A stretch of DNA of 64,000 bases, taken from positions 1,178,001-1,242,000 of the forward strand of contig JBLDXI010000046.1 in assembly GCA_047495785.1 (NCBI GenBank), written 5' to 3'. Source of the DNA: Lepidodermella squamata (lineage: Eukaryota; Animalia; Gastrotricha). Every line of letters starts with the position of its first letter. Position 1 is the first letter of the stretch. A model generated the notes under the pieces. The model ran no database searches and was not told the DNA's origin. It saw only the letters and a program-made list of their open reading frames with translations. A program made the translations under genes and the position numbers. This document shows positions 49,428 to 60,989 of the stretch, piece by piece.

Positions 49428-50310
49428 ATGGGTCATATTCTCAGCTTGATTGCATCCGAACATCATGGGAGTAATGCCAATATGGCGGTTACGTCCTTTC
49501 AGGATCTTAGGAAGCTTCCACCAGAGGTGGCACTTCTGATCCTGTCCAAGCTGAATGCCACTGAATTATGTCTAGCTGCTTGTGTGTGGCAAGAGATGGC
49601 GAACTGCGAATTATTATGGCAGAATCTGTGTTATCAGTCATGGGGTTATGTGACCGTTTATTACTCAATGAGCAGCCGGCAGTTAAGCTACAAGAAGTTG
49701 TATATGATTCTTGATGAATGCTCAGTCATGTTCAATGTTGACCCGCAACGAGGACTTCGGATGCTATTTGATCAAAATTTACTTGTGGATGATGCAAAGG
49801 AGATCGCGAAGTTTGTTCATTCTACTCGAACATTGCGGGCGGAAAGCAAGAGACAACTGTTTAAACTGAGGCCTGAGATCCTAGACGAAATCGTCCAACT
49901 GCAGAGCTTCGAAAACGAGTTTCTACCGAATGCTTTGAGGCTGTTCTTCTCATTATGTGGCACACCCAGTGAGAGAGACTCATTTCTATCGCGATTGATT
50001 GATCGTTTTTCAGAGAGATTTCTAGTTTGCAACCCGAAAGTGCACCTCAATAAAGGTAAACTTGAAATTTGTGTCAAGTATGATGATGTTTATAACAATT
50101 TTTCATTCAGATGCTGTATATTTACTTTGCTATTCGTTGATTTTGCTCTCGGTTGATCTCCATAGCCCGCATGTCAAGACGAAAATGAGCAAACGAGAAT
50201 TCATTCGAAATACCCGGAATGTAATTCGAGATTTAGACACTGACTTCGCTGGGCATTTGTACGACAATGTTTGGATTCAAGGCCATCTAGCTCCAAGGCC
50301 TCGTCAATGA
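49428..50310 (+). CDS. FBXO8: F-box only protein 8 (F-box + Sec7-like domain)
   Basis: LPPEVALLILSKLNATELCLAACVW F-box; FENEFLPNALR.FF, DRFSERF, [intron 50056-50110] DAVYLLCYSLILLSVDLHSPHVKTKMSKREFIRN. Confidence 0.92.
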
Positions 50311-50826
50311 CATTTATGCAAAGCTAATCTTTATTGAAATAAACTATTATCATTTTCAAACATCAATCACAGTGCTTGTGTTTTTCTATTTTTGTCAACT
50401 ACTAAAGCCGAAGCTTGCGCCTGTATTGATTATAATGATAGATATATTCTTACAAATCATAGACTATTTAATTTTTCACGTTGATATGTTCGTTACTGTG
50501 CAAAAATTTAGGCGGATTGTTTTCCGGCTATTAGAGCGTGCGTGTGGTTTGTTCACCAAGCACTGATTTCGCGAAAACGGTGATTTTGGATCTATATTAT
50601 TTCTATTATGCATTAGTCAATGAATGAGATATAACTTTTGAGACCCTTCCTTTTAGTAGTTTCCCGTTTCGTTCGTCTGACTGGTTCACCTGGATAAAAG
50701 CGGCTATTATCTTGCTTTTTACGATGTTTGTTATAAAAAAGAATAAACCGGATGCAAGTTAGCCTCCGAAATCAATCGAAAAATAATTGATTAATTTTTC
50801 ATTAGCTCGGGTTTTAATTTAAACAA

Positions 50827-51280
50827 ATGGAAGTTGAAGAATCATCGACCAGCAACACTGCGGTGAGCGATGGCGCTGGAAGTGCGGTCGGAGGCGGTAA
50901 CAAGAAGCGGTTTGATGTGAAAAAGTGGAACGCTGTTGCGTTGTGGTCGTGGGACATTGTTGTCGACAACTGCGCCATCTGCCGTAACCACATCATGGAC
51001 CTTTGCATCGAATGCCAAGCTGACCAGGCGAGCGCAGCCACTGAAGAGTGCACTGTTGCCTGGGGTGTTTGTAATGTAAAGCCAAATTTCAACCAAGTTG
51101 AACCCACCTTAATTTTTTCTCTGAATAGCACGCTTTCCACCTCCATTGCATCGCTCGCTGGCTCAAGACCCGCCATGTTTGCCCGCTTGACAACCGTGAA
51201 TGGGAATATCAAAAGTATAGAAGAAAATGTCCACCTTAATGTTTTAATCGCCTTGTATTTATTTTAGGTACGGAAAGTAA
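50827..51280 (+). CDS. RBX1: RING-box protein 1 (cullin-RING ligase subunit)
   Basis: [49 protein letters not shown]|[29 protein letters not shown]|YGK*; two short introns. Confidence 0.97.
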
Positions 51281-51471
51281 TTTGACGCCGATTTTGTAAA
51301 CGAAATTGCCGGTTTAACCGTTCTCTGCTATCAACTGCAGCGTGAAAGCTCTTTCACATTTCATTCTAATTAAATTAGTTTAAATTCCGGTTGAAATATG
51401 ATAATAAGACAAATAAAGTAAAACTGTTTGTTAATCATCTAATTTTTCGTAGAATTTATTTCAATTGAAAC

Positions 51472-51959
51472 ATGACCGAATACACTAAGCCGTACCAGTT
51501 TGGCGTTCCGGACCGCATGGTCGCCAATAAGTGCCCGGGTAAATTGAGCGAAAACGCGAAAGCTCACCCGTTGGCGGATGGCAAGCCGGCGGAGTTGTTC
51601 TCGGACGAATCGCACCTGCGCCGAGTTCGCGCCGATTTCGGCCTGCACATGGCCCTCCGCCTGGCTATGGAACGCTCCATTGTTTCTGGCGCGTTCAACT
51701 CGCCGTCGGGCATTGGCGGCCACCGCCTTCACACCGGCTGCCTGCCGCCATCGCACGCCCTGGTTTCCAGCTTGACCGGTCAAGATCTCGAATTCGGCTT
51801 CAAGGACGTCCTTAATCGTAAATTATTGAATTTCGTCATCTGCCTTGAATTTTTTTTCGATTTTCAGCTCCTGAATTCGCTGAGCAACTGCGCGATCCTC
51901 ACAATTTCGGCGAAGTCGATATGAAGATGAAAAAGCACGCCAATGCCGGCTTTATTTGA
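51472..51959 (+). CDS. POMP: Proteasome maturation protein (UMP1/POMP)
   Basis: HPL..FGLHMALRLAMER..L.PSH....LTG.D..FGFKDVLN-[intron]-PEFAE..DPH, the UMP1 family pattern. Confidence 0.82.
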
Positions 51960-52153
51960 ACGCTGATTATTGACAACCACTGAGAATCAGTGGCTAAAAA
52001 AATTCCGGTCCAAACACTCGATTGGTGATAGCGAAAATTGCAATTTCTGCTCTCTTTGTCGTTATTATTCTAGAATTAGCAATAAAAGAATCACGCTGAT
52101 TGTTTTTTTTAATTTTACTCTAGATATTTTGCTGTGTTATTTCTACCGAATAA

Positions 52154-54614
52154 ATGTCTCAAAAGACAGCTGATTCCAACGGGGTAAAAGCCGGAGAAAA
52201 TCGCTGAAAATCGAATTATTAAGGAGGATTTTTTATTTCAGGGTTTGACCTGCTACGTTTGTTCCAATGTGTATTCCCACCCGAAGAATCTGCCGCAGTG
52301 CCACCACACGTACTGCGCTTCGTGTCTTCGAAAATTTCTCGTGCCTATCTCCCAACAGCAGTTTACCATCACTTGCCCCGAGTGCAAGCTTGTTAACTCG
52401 ATCGGAAAGGGCGGTATCGAAAAATTGCAACCGAACCACGCCCTAGAGAGAGCGATTGCTTTCATGCGCAAGGTTGAACAACCCCTGGAGGTGAAACCGA
52501 CGAATGACTGCCCGCATGCTAAATTGTTTGCCAACTGTACTACCTGCCCTCATTGCCATGGAAAATTCTGTTCCGGCTGCATTTTCTTGCACATGGAAGG
52601 CCTTAAACTCGATATTGGATGGATTGGAAGTGGAGTAGGCTTTGAATTTTTTTCGAAAAATGCCTCCTTGAAATTATTTTCATGTTATTTTAAAGCTCGA
52701 GGAGCGATTGACTAAAATTGAGAAAGAGGTTGACGAGGCGAAGGCTGAACAGGTGGTTTCCAAGCAATTGGCGGAGGCTGAGCAAGAAATTACGGCGAAA
52801 TGTGAAGAAATGAAAAATTCCATCAACGAAAAGTTGGTCGAGCGCTGCAAGAATTTGATTGATCAAGCTCGTGCGTCAGCGGCTGCTCAGGTCAAAAAAT
52901 TCAGCTCTGGTGCGAATCTAGTCAAATACAAGTCGGACGTCCAAGCTCAGCTGCAAAAAGTGCTCGAATCATCTGTCTCGCATACGTCCATCGAAGAACT
53001 CGTCTTCATTTTCAACAAATTTTCCAAATTCGATAGAGATGTGAGGAATTTTAAGAGAATTTATTGAAATAAATATTCCGATTTTGATTTTATTTTTCTA
53101 GCTTGGTCACATCGAGGCAATCAACGAAGGCCTGAAAGCTGGGAAGTTTGGAGAAACTCACCTGCAGCTGGCTAAACTGCCGAATTTCGAGAAGCTTTTC
53201 GCCGATGGCGATAAATTCATCTGGAAAGACGTGGAAATCCAGGAAAAGGTACATTTTAGCTTCTTTTCTTAGAATTTGCGATCAAAATCAGCATTTTCTG
53301 AGCAGTTAAGCCGATATCGATTTTCGGTATCGATTTGAAAAATCAAGGATTTTTCCGATTTTAATTAAATTTTGTCTACATACTTGAATGTACCAAGTGG
53401 CTTTAATGAAAAATTCCTAGATTTTAGGGTTTATCGATCAAGAGAGAAAACATTTGAAATTGCAAAAAATCTGAAAATTTAGTGTTGCAAATATTCAAAC
53501 TAATTTCAATTCCGCTAATTAATTCCAAACTCCTATAATTTATAAAAAAAATGTCTTGATTGGATTGAAAAAATCTGCCGCCTTAAAAATGAATTCATTA
53601 CATTTTTCATTATTTTTTTACTAATTTTTACAGTACAAAGGCGAGCTCGCTAAATTCACCCACGCCCTGGAGACTGAGGACATTGAAGCCGTGAAGGAGA
53701 TTCTCACCCGCCCTACCCTATCCCCCTCAATTCGTCGCCACATTCTCGACCACGACGTCTACAGCCGCCAGCAGCTCATCAATCTCGCCGCTTCAATCGG
53801 CGATTTGGACCTCGTGAAACAGCTGGCCAACAAAAAGGGCGTTTCCCTACTGGAACCTACCCACAAAGCCGCGTCCAAGGGTCATTTGAATGTGTTGGAA
53901 TACTTGCTAGCCGAAAGGCCTCCGCTGCTGGAGAAGTGCGACTGGGCCGAATCGACTGTTCTGGTAACAGCGGCTGAAAACGGCCAACTCGATGCTGTGA
54001 AATACCTAATCGAAACGAAAAAGGCTAAGGTCAACCCGCCGAAGTTGCACTCGCCATTCCTGTGCGCTCTCCGCGAGAACCACTTCGAGGTCATTAAGTA
54101 CCTGCTGGAGAAGGGCGCCGATCTGAACGTGACGTCGCCGTCTGTTAAGGAGGAAGATCTCGTCGAGGATTCGATGTCTGGCATTCATTTCGCAGCTAGC
54201 CGTGGCCTGCGCGAAATCACTAGCTTTCTGCTATTGACCAAGCCTGATTTGGCGAATTTGAAGACGCCGAAGCTGAACACGCCGCTGCATTTCGCGGCCG
54301 GCAATGGCCATCTCGAGATTGTGAAGGATCTGATTAAGAACTACAACGCGAATCCTGAGGCGAAAAATCGCGATGGGAAATCGCCGCTGGACTTCGCGGT
54401 TGATGGCGATCATCTAGAAACAACGGTCAAGTTTTTGACTGAGTTGAAGAATGAGGCGAAAAAGGCGGCGCCGGTCGTCGAAGATCAGCCGAAACCTGCC
54501 GAGGTGCTAATTGACATTACTGTGGAAAAACTGCTCGAAACAGTGGGGGAGCAACAGCTGCCGGTTGTAACTGCTGAGGCTGCTTCCGCTCCGGAAAATG
54601 TTTCGTCGTGCTAA
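52154..54614 (+). CDS. TRIM-like E3 ligase with C-terminal ankyrin repeats (TRIM-ANK copy 4)
   Basis: Exons 52154-52183, 52242-52634 (RING CYVC..CHHTYCASC..CPEC; B-box-like CPH..CPHC..FCSGC..H), 52696-53040 (coiled coil), 53102-53248 (..WKDVEIQEK), 53634-54614 (ankyrin repeats: HKAASKGH, TAAENGQ, TPLHFAAGNGH); phase-0 junctions in frame. Confidence 0.87.
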
Positions 54615-56066
54615 ATGCTGGTTGGAAAACGCGAAATCGCGGCTCAATACAACATGACTTTTAATGACATGGAGAATTCGGTGCTCAATCATTGTGTATA
54701 CTTTCTATAGCAAAATCACATTGCCGGTCGCATATATCTGCCTACGTCGTGTTTACTCTCATTGTTACAGCCTGTCGAATCTCCGTCGTATTTACTCTTT
54801 ATCTGTTGCAAAATAAAATTACAGTTCACATTCATTTGCGGTCGGTATCAAATTCATACAGCTTTTCGAAAAGCATGAAATCTGCACAAGTGAAAAGTGG
54901 AATTTGGCGAACATTTGAACATGGTAAGAATTTGATATCGCTTTCAAAACCAATTAACGAGGATTCGAAGGATATCAAAAAGAGGTTGATAGTCATCAGG
55001 GTTGCTGAGAAATTTTGCTTTAAAATGTACTGGTACAAATTGCTGATTTCGACAAAAAGAGTCTGAAAATGTGATTTTGCATTGCACCAATTAAAAACTT
55101 TATTTTCTTTTGCGCTGTCGACGTTTACAGGGCGATGGAAGGTGGGGAATTTCGCCAAGTTATTCAAAAATTGTGGTGGAATCAAGCTAGTGTCTCCACG
55201 TGAATTGATAGGACTTTCGGGGGCACTTAGGAGTTCCCTGTCTTTCAAGGAGAATATTAGGAGCCTCCTAGAGGTCTGAAATTTGAAAATTCTCGTGAAT
55301 TCACAAGCCGGTCAAGATTTTCTCTCTCATCTTGCGAAAGAGCTGTTGGGTGACCGACAGACCATCGCTGAAGACCGCGTGGTTGTAGAATTTGCCAATA
55401 TTCCCTCAGGCTTCTACTTTTCCCTATAATCTTCGCGAAATGGCTGCAAGTCGGAGTTTACCGGAGAAATCGCCTCATCCATCTACTCATGGATGATATT
55501 AACCTCCATTATAGGAGAAATCTGGTTCCGCTAAAAGTAAGATGTTTTAAAGAGACAAATTCTGAGCATCTAATTTTTATTCGAGACTTGGAATAACCGG
55601 CATGAAATTTGCCCAAACTCAAACGTTGTCGTTCATCCCTGCTCAATCGCAAAGCCTACGAACCTGAAATTCAGTCGGGTTGATTCAAACCACCGCTCTG
55701 ATCGATTCCAAAACGAGGAATTTTCTGCGGAACCTATGAGTTGACAGAATCGGGACTTGTAACCCAACGACGTCCGACGTCCTGTAACCCAAAGAATTCA
55801 TGCTGTTCGAAAGCCTCATTTTGAAAGTTGTTTCTAACTCAAAAAAATTCCCAAATCGTATGGCTCTTTGCCGAAGAAATATCGACTTCGGAATTACTTG
55901 ATATCAACGGGCCCTCATTCAGTTTCATAAATAGCCGAAATTCCGTGAAACTTACTTTCGAGCATTTCGAGGAACAATTATTACTGCCGGATGTTTAAGT
56001 CACATATTAGGTTGTCGCATGAAGTTAGTTGCATCATTTTATTCTCGATTTTCGATTTCCTAGAAT

Positions 56067-56672
56067 TTATAACGAAAGAACGGAATTCTTTTGTTGTGAT
56101 TCATTCCAGTCATATTTCCATAGCATAATGACTTTCGTCGTTTGACGATATTTGTTCGTCTGAAATGAGCTAATCCTGTTTGACGGCGTCGTCGAGGGTC
56201 TTGGAAGTTTAGTGGCAGGTTGATTCGCCTCAGATGAGCCGAAGTCGACATTCAAAAGAACGAACATTGCGATAGCAAATAGGAGAATCCCGACGAGAGC
56301 ACCTAACATGAAGTAACCCACGGTTTTGCAAATTTTCCTGCGCCGATCTTGTCGCTGCGTTGTCACCGTCCGTGTCACGACGGGTAAGATGATTTCATCA
56401 GTCTTGGGCGCTTGTAAAACAGGTTGAACACCACTTATTGGTGCTGGCTGCTGTTGATAATACGCTTGACTGGTCGATGGGTCGTGGATGCTGTAAGGAG
56501 GCGGTTGATAGAAGCTGGTCGTAATCAACGGCGGCGCGCTGGGTATCGCTTCGACATGAGCTCCATTTCTAATAGAGCATCAATTTTTTTGAAAATTTCA
56601 GAAACATAAAATCACTGTTAAAATGCCATACTTCTCGGGGAGAAAATAATGAGGATTGCTGCTCGAAGCCAT
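56067..56672 (-). CDS. Single-pass (type II-like) membrane protein with N-terminal PSAPP and PPPY motifs; 3' end uncertain
   Basis: Exon 1 MASSSNPHYFLPEK (56672), exon 2 NGAHVEAIPSAPPLITTSFYQPPPY..RRRKICK + hydrophobic VGYFMLGALVGILLFAIAMFVLL; downstream exons not resolved. Confidence 0.6.
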
Positions 56673-57034
56673 CTAATATTTTGCTTGTTATTTTGCCCAC
56701 ATTAATGCATTAATAGGAAAAAAAATAAAATAATTTTGTTGACAATTTTTTATCAATGACGTGTGTTGAAGGGGCGTATTTGGAGTCTCGCCAAGAACAG
56801 ACCATTTTTGCTTCCCGTTCGGGTTTTATTCAAATATGCCGTATGTGTCCGAATGATTTAGGGCGGTGGGACCTGCCAATATGGGATGACTTTGGCCCAT
56901 TGATTAATAGGTCTTTGGCCTATCGAAATTCGAATGTGGCAAGGTAGACGTCATCATGAGTTTGGTACGGATGAATAGCCTAAAAGAAGACTAATCTGGA
57001 TGTGTAAAATTCTCGAGTTATAATTATCGCTATA

Positions 57035-57401
57035 CAGCGTGTCCCAGAAGTTGCGCGACTATTTTTCGATCGGCACATTTTTTAGGAAATTCAATTTCAA
57101 TTCAATTTTTTTAATTAAACCTACCGAGAGAATATTCCGAAGATTTAACCGAAAAATCACAATTTTACCGGAGAAAACGCGTAAAACCCTGATGGTAACT
57201 GGTTCGGTAATTTTCGGTATTTTAACCGGTTGGGCCAAATTTTTTACCCCATTAACAAGTGACATTCTTGATTACTATTCTCGGGATTTTTTAATTTTTT
57301 TTAATTTTCCGGTCTTGAGATATAACTTCGTCTCTCATTTTGGAGCTTCTGAACCCTGTTTCGTGTATTTTCTATGCTTGTGTTACTTATGGGACACACT
57401 G
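57035..57401. mobile_element. Tc1/mariner-type MITE
   Basis: TIRs CAGCGTGTCCCAGAAGT / ACTTATGGGACACACTG, flanked by TA on both sides; no coding capacity. Confidence 0.75.
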
Positions 57402-58460
57402 TATACTCGAACAATCGAATTTTGAATAAGTATGGACCATTTTATACGGCGTATCAAATACCTATGTGAAATTCGATTACACAGACAGGTCTATTACTTA
57501 TTTTATTCCGCTGAAATGAAGAAGCAATAAAAAAGTCAATTCAAGTTGGTAAATTATTTTATTTCTGAAATTTCAACACGTACGTGAACAGATTTGCATG
57601 ATTTATTTATGTATTTACACATGCTCTCCAAGTGTATGTATTTTCACTCATTCAATCATTCGTTCAACAGGTACAGCCCAGGAAAAAGAAAGCATCTTCC
57701 GTAGTTTCACTACACAGGAGGGTATACACCAGACAACGTAATTGTTCGCGTTTATTTTATCTAAAATAATTGGCGATTTTAGTCACGGAAACACAAGGCG
57801 ATAATAAAAATATCCAGCTTAATAAACTCAGCTCTACAACTCTCACAATGATAAAATTTTCTAGAGTTAACATTATTATTCGGAATATTTTAGTCATTTA
57901 TTCAGGCAGATTTTCTCGAGTTATAATTATCGCTATAATAGAGTTCATTCACAACAAAGGTACACGGCTTTTTAATATGTGCAGATAAAACCACGAGAAG
58001 CCGAAAAACAATGGTGGTATTGATAATAATATTAAGGTTTTGAACCAAAAAAATAACCTGATTTTCTGTGAAGCAAGATCAAAGCAAAGTGTAATCATGC
58101 GATCAAGTTTCTTTGTTCTTCAGCTGCTTTTTCGAGTAGACTAAATTGGGTACATTGGATCACCTTTGAACGTGATTAGAAACGCTCGATTTACAATATT
58201 AGTCTTAAAATGTTATTTTGGACTATAGAATTACAGATCCGGTGGGTAAATTTGGCTATAATCAATTCGCGCGGTGAGCCTATTATATCACAAATCACAT
58301 CCTGGCGCTTGACGAACTGTGTGTATTACCTGAATCATCCGAGATTCATCGACCCGAAATTACGTCGTGTATAAGTAGTTTTTAGAATAATAAATGCGTT
58401 ATTTATCAAGGCAGTTATATTTATTCAATAGTTTTTTTTTTGTAATTGATGGTCTTTCTT

Positions 58461-60989
58461 TCACTCGGCTTTTGTGGTTTTCAGCATCGGGTCGGCGTCA
58501 GACTCGCACGCGCCGCTGTCGATGTCATCGGTGGAGGCATTGAGTTGGGCTCGAGAGCCTTCGCTGACGCTGCTCGTTTGACCGGGTTCGGCTTTCTTGA
58601 CACGGGCACGGCCGTAGACGCGTTTTTGGCGCATGGATTCGGGCAGGAATCGGCGGATACGGGGCAACACAATAATCGCTAGTACGGCGAGAATGTGCGG
58701 CCAGAAGTAGAGAGTTCTGAAAATTAAAAAAAAAATTTAATTTAGGCGATTATTTTCAAAAAATTCCACCTTAATAATATTAATTATAGGAATAATTGTA
58801 AAAATGCCTTTAACAATGAGAAATTATTTACTGTTACTAATCGATTTTTTCTGACGTTTAAACTGAAATAAATCTACCTGACCCCATCGCAATAATTCCC
58901 CTGTAAATCAGGCGAACTAAGACAAAATTTTCGCTACCGAGAAAAATTACGAAAAACTCTTCATAATCATTTATCGCAATCCAAGACTCTTCGAACTAAC
59001 AAATTCACTGAAATTCCATTGATTTTCGCTCGGGCGTGTTAAAATCCTCTCGGTTTTATCTAATATGCAGGCAAAACTCAGCTTGAAATTTTTTGTAAAT
59101 GATGTCATAGATCTTTCAGCAACAGCTTCTAGCGAAACCTGAATCGTATGGAATCTCACGGAACCTGTCCAATTAGCTACTGCAATTTCACATTTAGCTA
59201 TCCATTACAAAATTTGCCCGTCTACACCCAAGCTGATTAACCTTCTAGACAGTGCAAATCAACGTAAAACTTACTTGTAACATTGGAACGAGGCAGCGAG
59301 GGTCATCATGAGGAAGGGAAGAGCCATGTAAGCCGAGGCGAAGCGGACCAGCGTGAAGGCCATGGCGTCGTAAAAGAAGCGCGACGGCTTCTTCAACTCG
59401 CAGAGCGGGCGCAGGGTCGACCTGACCATGCGGACGGCCTGCAGGAACAACGTCGCCGTTAGGAAGGCAATGTAGTAACCGGGGTAGAAGCCGTGCCACA
59501 GCGCCGAGGCTGAGAAGGTGAGCAGGGTCGGGTGCCAGGTGGCGCGGTCGTAAATCATGAATCGCAGCCAGTTTGACGTCGATTTATTCCAGGCATTAAT
59601 ATGAACGGCGAAACGGGTTCCAAACTCGAATTCGCGAATATCGATGTTATCAGTCAAACGCCACAGCGCAACGCCCTGCTTGGTAATGCCGGAGTAAGAC
59701 AGTCCAGCGAATATGTTGATGGCATCCGAGAATTTCCAAGCGAAATAATAACGCTGCTTTGTGACAAAAATGAACGCCATAATGTAGAACTGCTTATACC
59801 AGAACGGGTTCTTCTCGTGAAACGTCGGGTCAGTGAGGTTTCCGATCGGGAACAGCGGGGCCAGGGTCATCATTAGAGTTCCGCAAACCACAGCGACGAA
59901 CAGGCTCTTCAACCCAGCGATCATTGATGAGTTGAACAACTGCTGGGCGTTCAGAGGCAGCTCGGCTGATTTGTGATCTTTAGGAGGATGCAGAACTTCA
60001 ACGCGAACGGTGGCGATTTCACTGGCGGGGCGAGCTTGGTTGCCAATGACGCCAGTTTCCTCGTTTTCCTCCTCAATACCCTTCGCAGTTGGCATGAGAA
60101 AACGGGTGTAGTTGCGGCCTTCAATGAACGAAATGTAATCGGCATAGTGGACGAAGGGTCCGCAGAGAGCGCCGTGGAAATAGAAGGTATAGCTGTAAAA
60201 CTCGAGCAAACTCGGGAAACGACTGTAAACATCGAAATTACATTAAAACGTTGAATTAAAAACTCTTCCACTCACGTAACAGCGAAGAATTTCTGGTCAT
60301 GAGGAAGAGTATCAATGACCTCCGTGAAACCGTCATGAACAGAAAACGCGAGGCTAGTCAATCGCTGAGTCAACATCATCAATGGACTGAAAGCAAACGA
60401 AATTCAAAAGTTCAATTCGATTAAATGAAGAAGGATTTACAGTGTAACATCCATGGTGTATCCACCGTAATCGTAAATTTGACGGATGATGTGAGTGGCC
60501 GACAAATAGGTGAAACAGAAGATGAAGACAGCGATGTGGCCGTACTTCGGGGGCGCAAATCGCATGATCAAATAAGTGATGGTAGCCTGGAGGAATACGT
60601 AGATTATTTGACTGAAAAACAATTTTAATTATTATAAAGCTTCTGATATATAACAGGTTACTTACTCTCCGAAACAAAAGTAGACCAGCGCCACGCCGGC
60701 AACAAGCTCGACAAGATGGCGAAATACGGCATTGGTGCGTCCGAACAGTATGCGGAACAAAAAGGCCAACACCATTGATGCCAAGAGGCTGACTAAGAAG
60801 TTGATCTTGATAAATAGCCCATTTATGTCGAATCAGAGAATACTGTTCGAATGAACTAACCTGGTCAATGGCCATACCAGATGAATCAGCCAGAGGCTGT
60901 AACAACTTTGAGCCGGCATAAAATGAGCTGGCTTCCGAGGAGTGAGCCGTAAACGTGGTGCTTCTTTTCAAATAATCAGAAACACCCAT
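58461..60989 (-). CDS. Membrane-bound O-acyltransferase, MBOAT1/2 (lysophospholipid acyltransferase, oysgedart-like)
   Basis: YAGSKLLQPLA..AIDQ|INF N-terminus, YDYGGYTMDVT, CGPFVHYADY, RYYFAW, WNKSTSNWLR, SALWHGFYPGYY (catalytic His), last exon LYFWPH..KTTKAE*. Confidence 0.9.

Larger units (their letters stand above)
50827..54614 (+). other. Putative polycistronic unit RBX1 - POMP - TRIM-ANK
   Basis: Gaps of about 190 nt; AATAAA (51412, 52081) followed ~35 nt later by a polypyrimidine-AG acceptor (51451, 52122) and then the next ATG. Confidence 0.6.

Noticed and set aside
54692-55560. Possible gene(s) from ORFs 54692-55066 (+) and 54832-55248 (-)
   Set aside because: No recognisable domain and no consistent exon chain could be built on either strand.
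57010-57937. 25-nt direct repeat TTCTCGAGTTATAATTATCGCTATA at ~57010 and ~57913
   Set aside because: Only two copies with no LTR or TSD logic; likely a small local duplication or repeat remnant.
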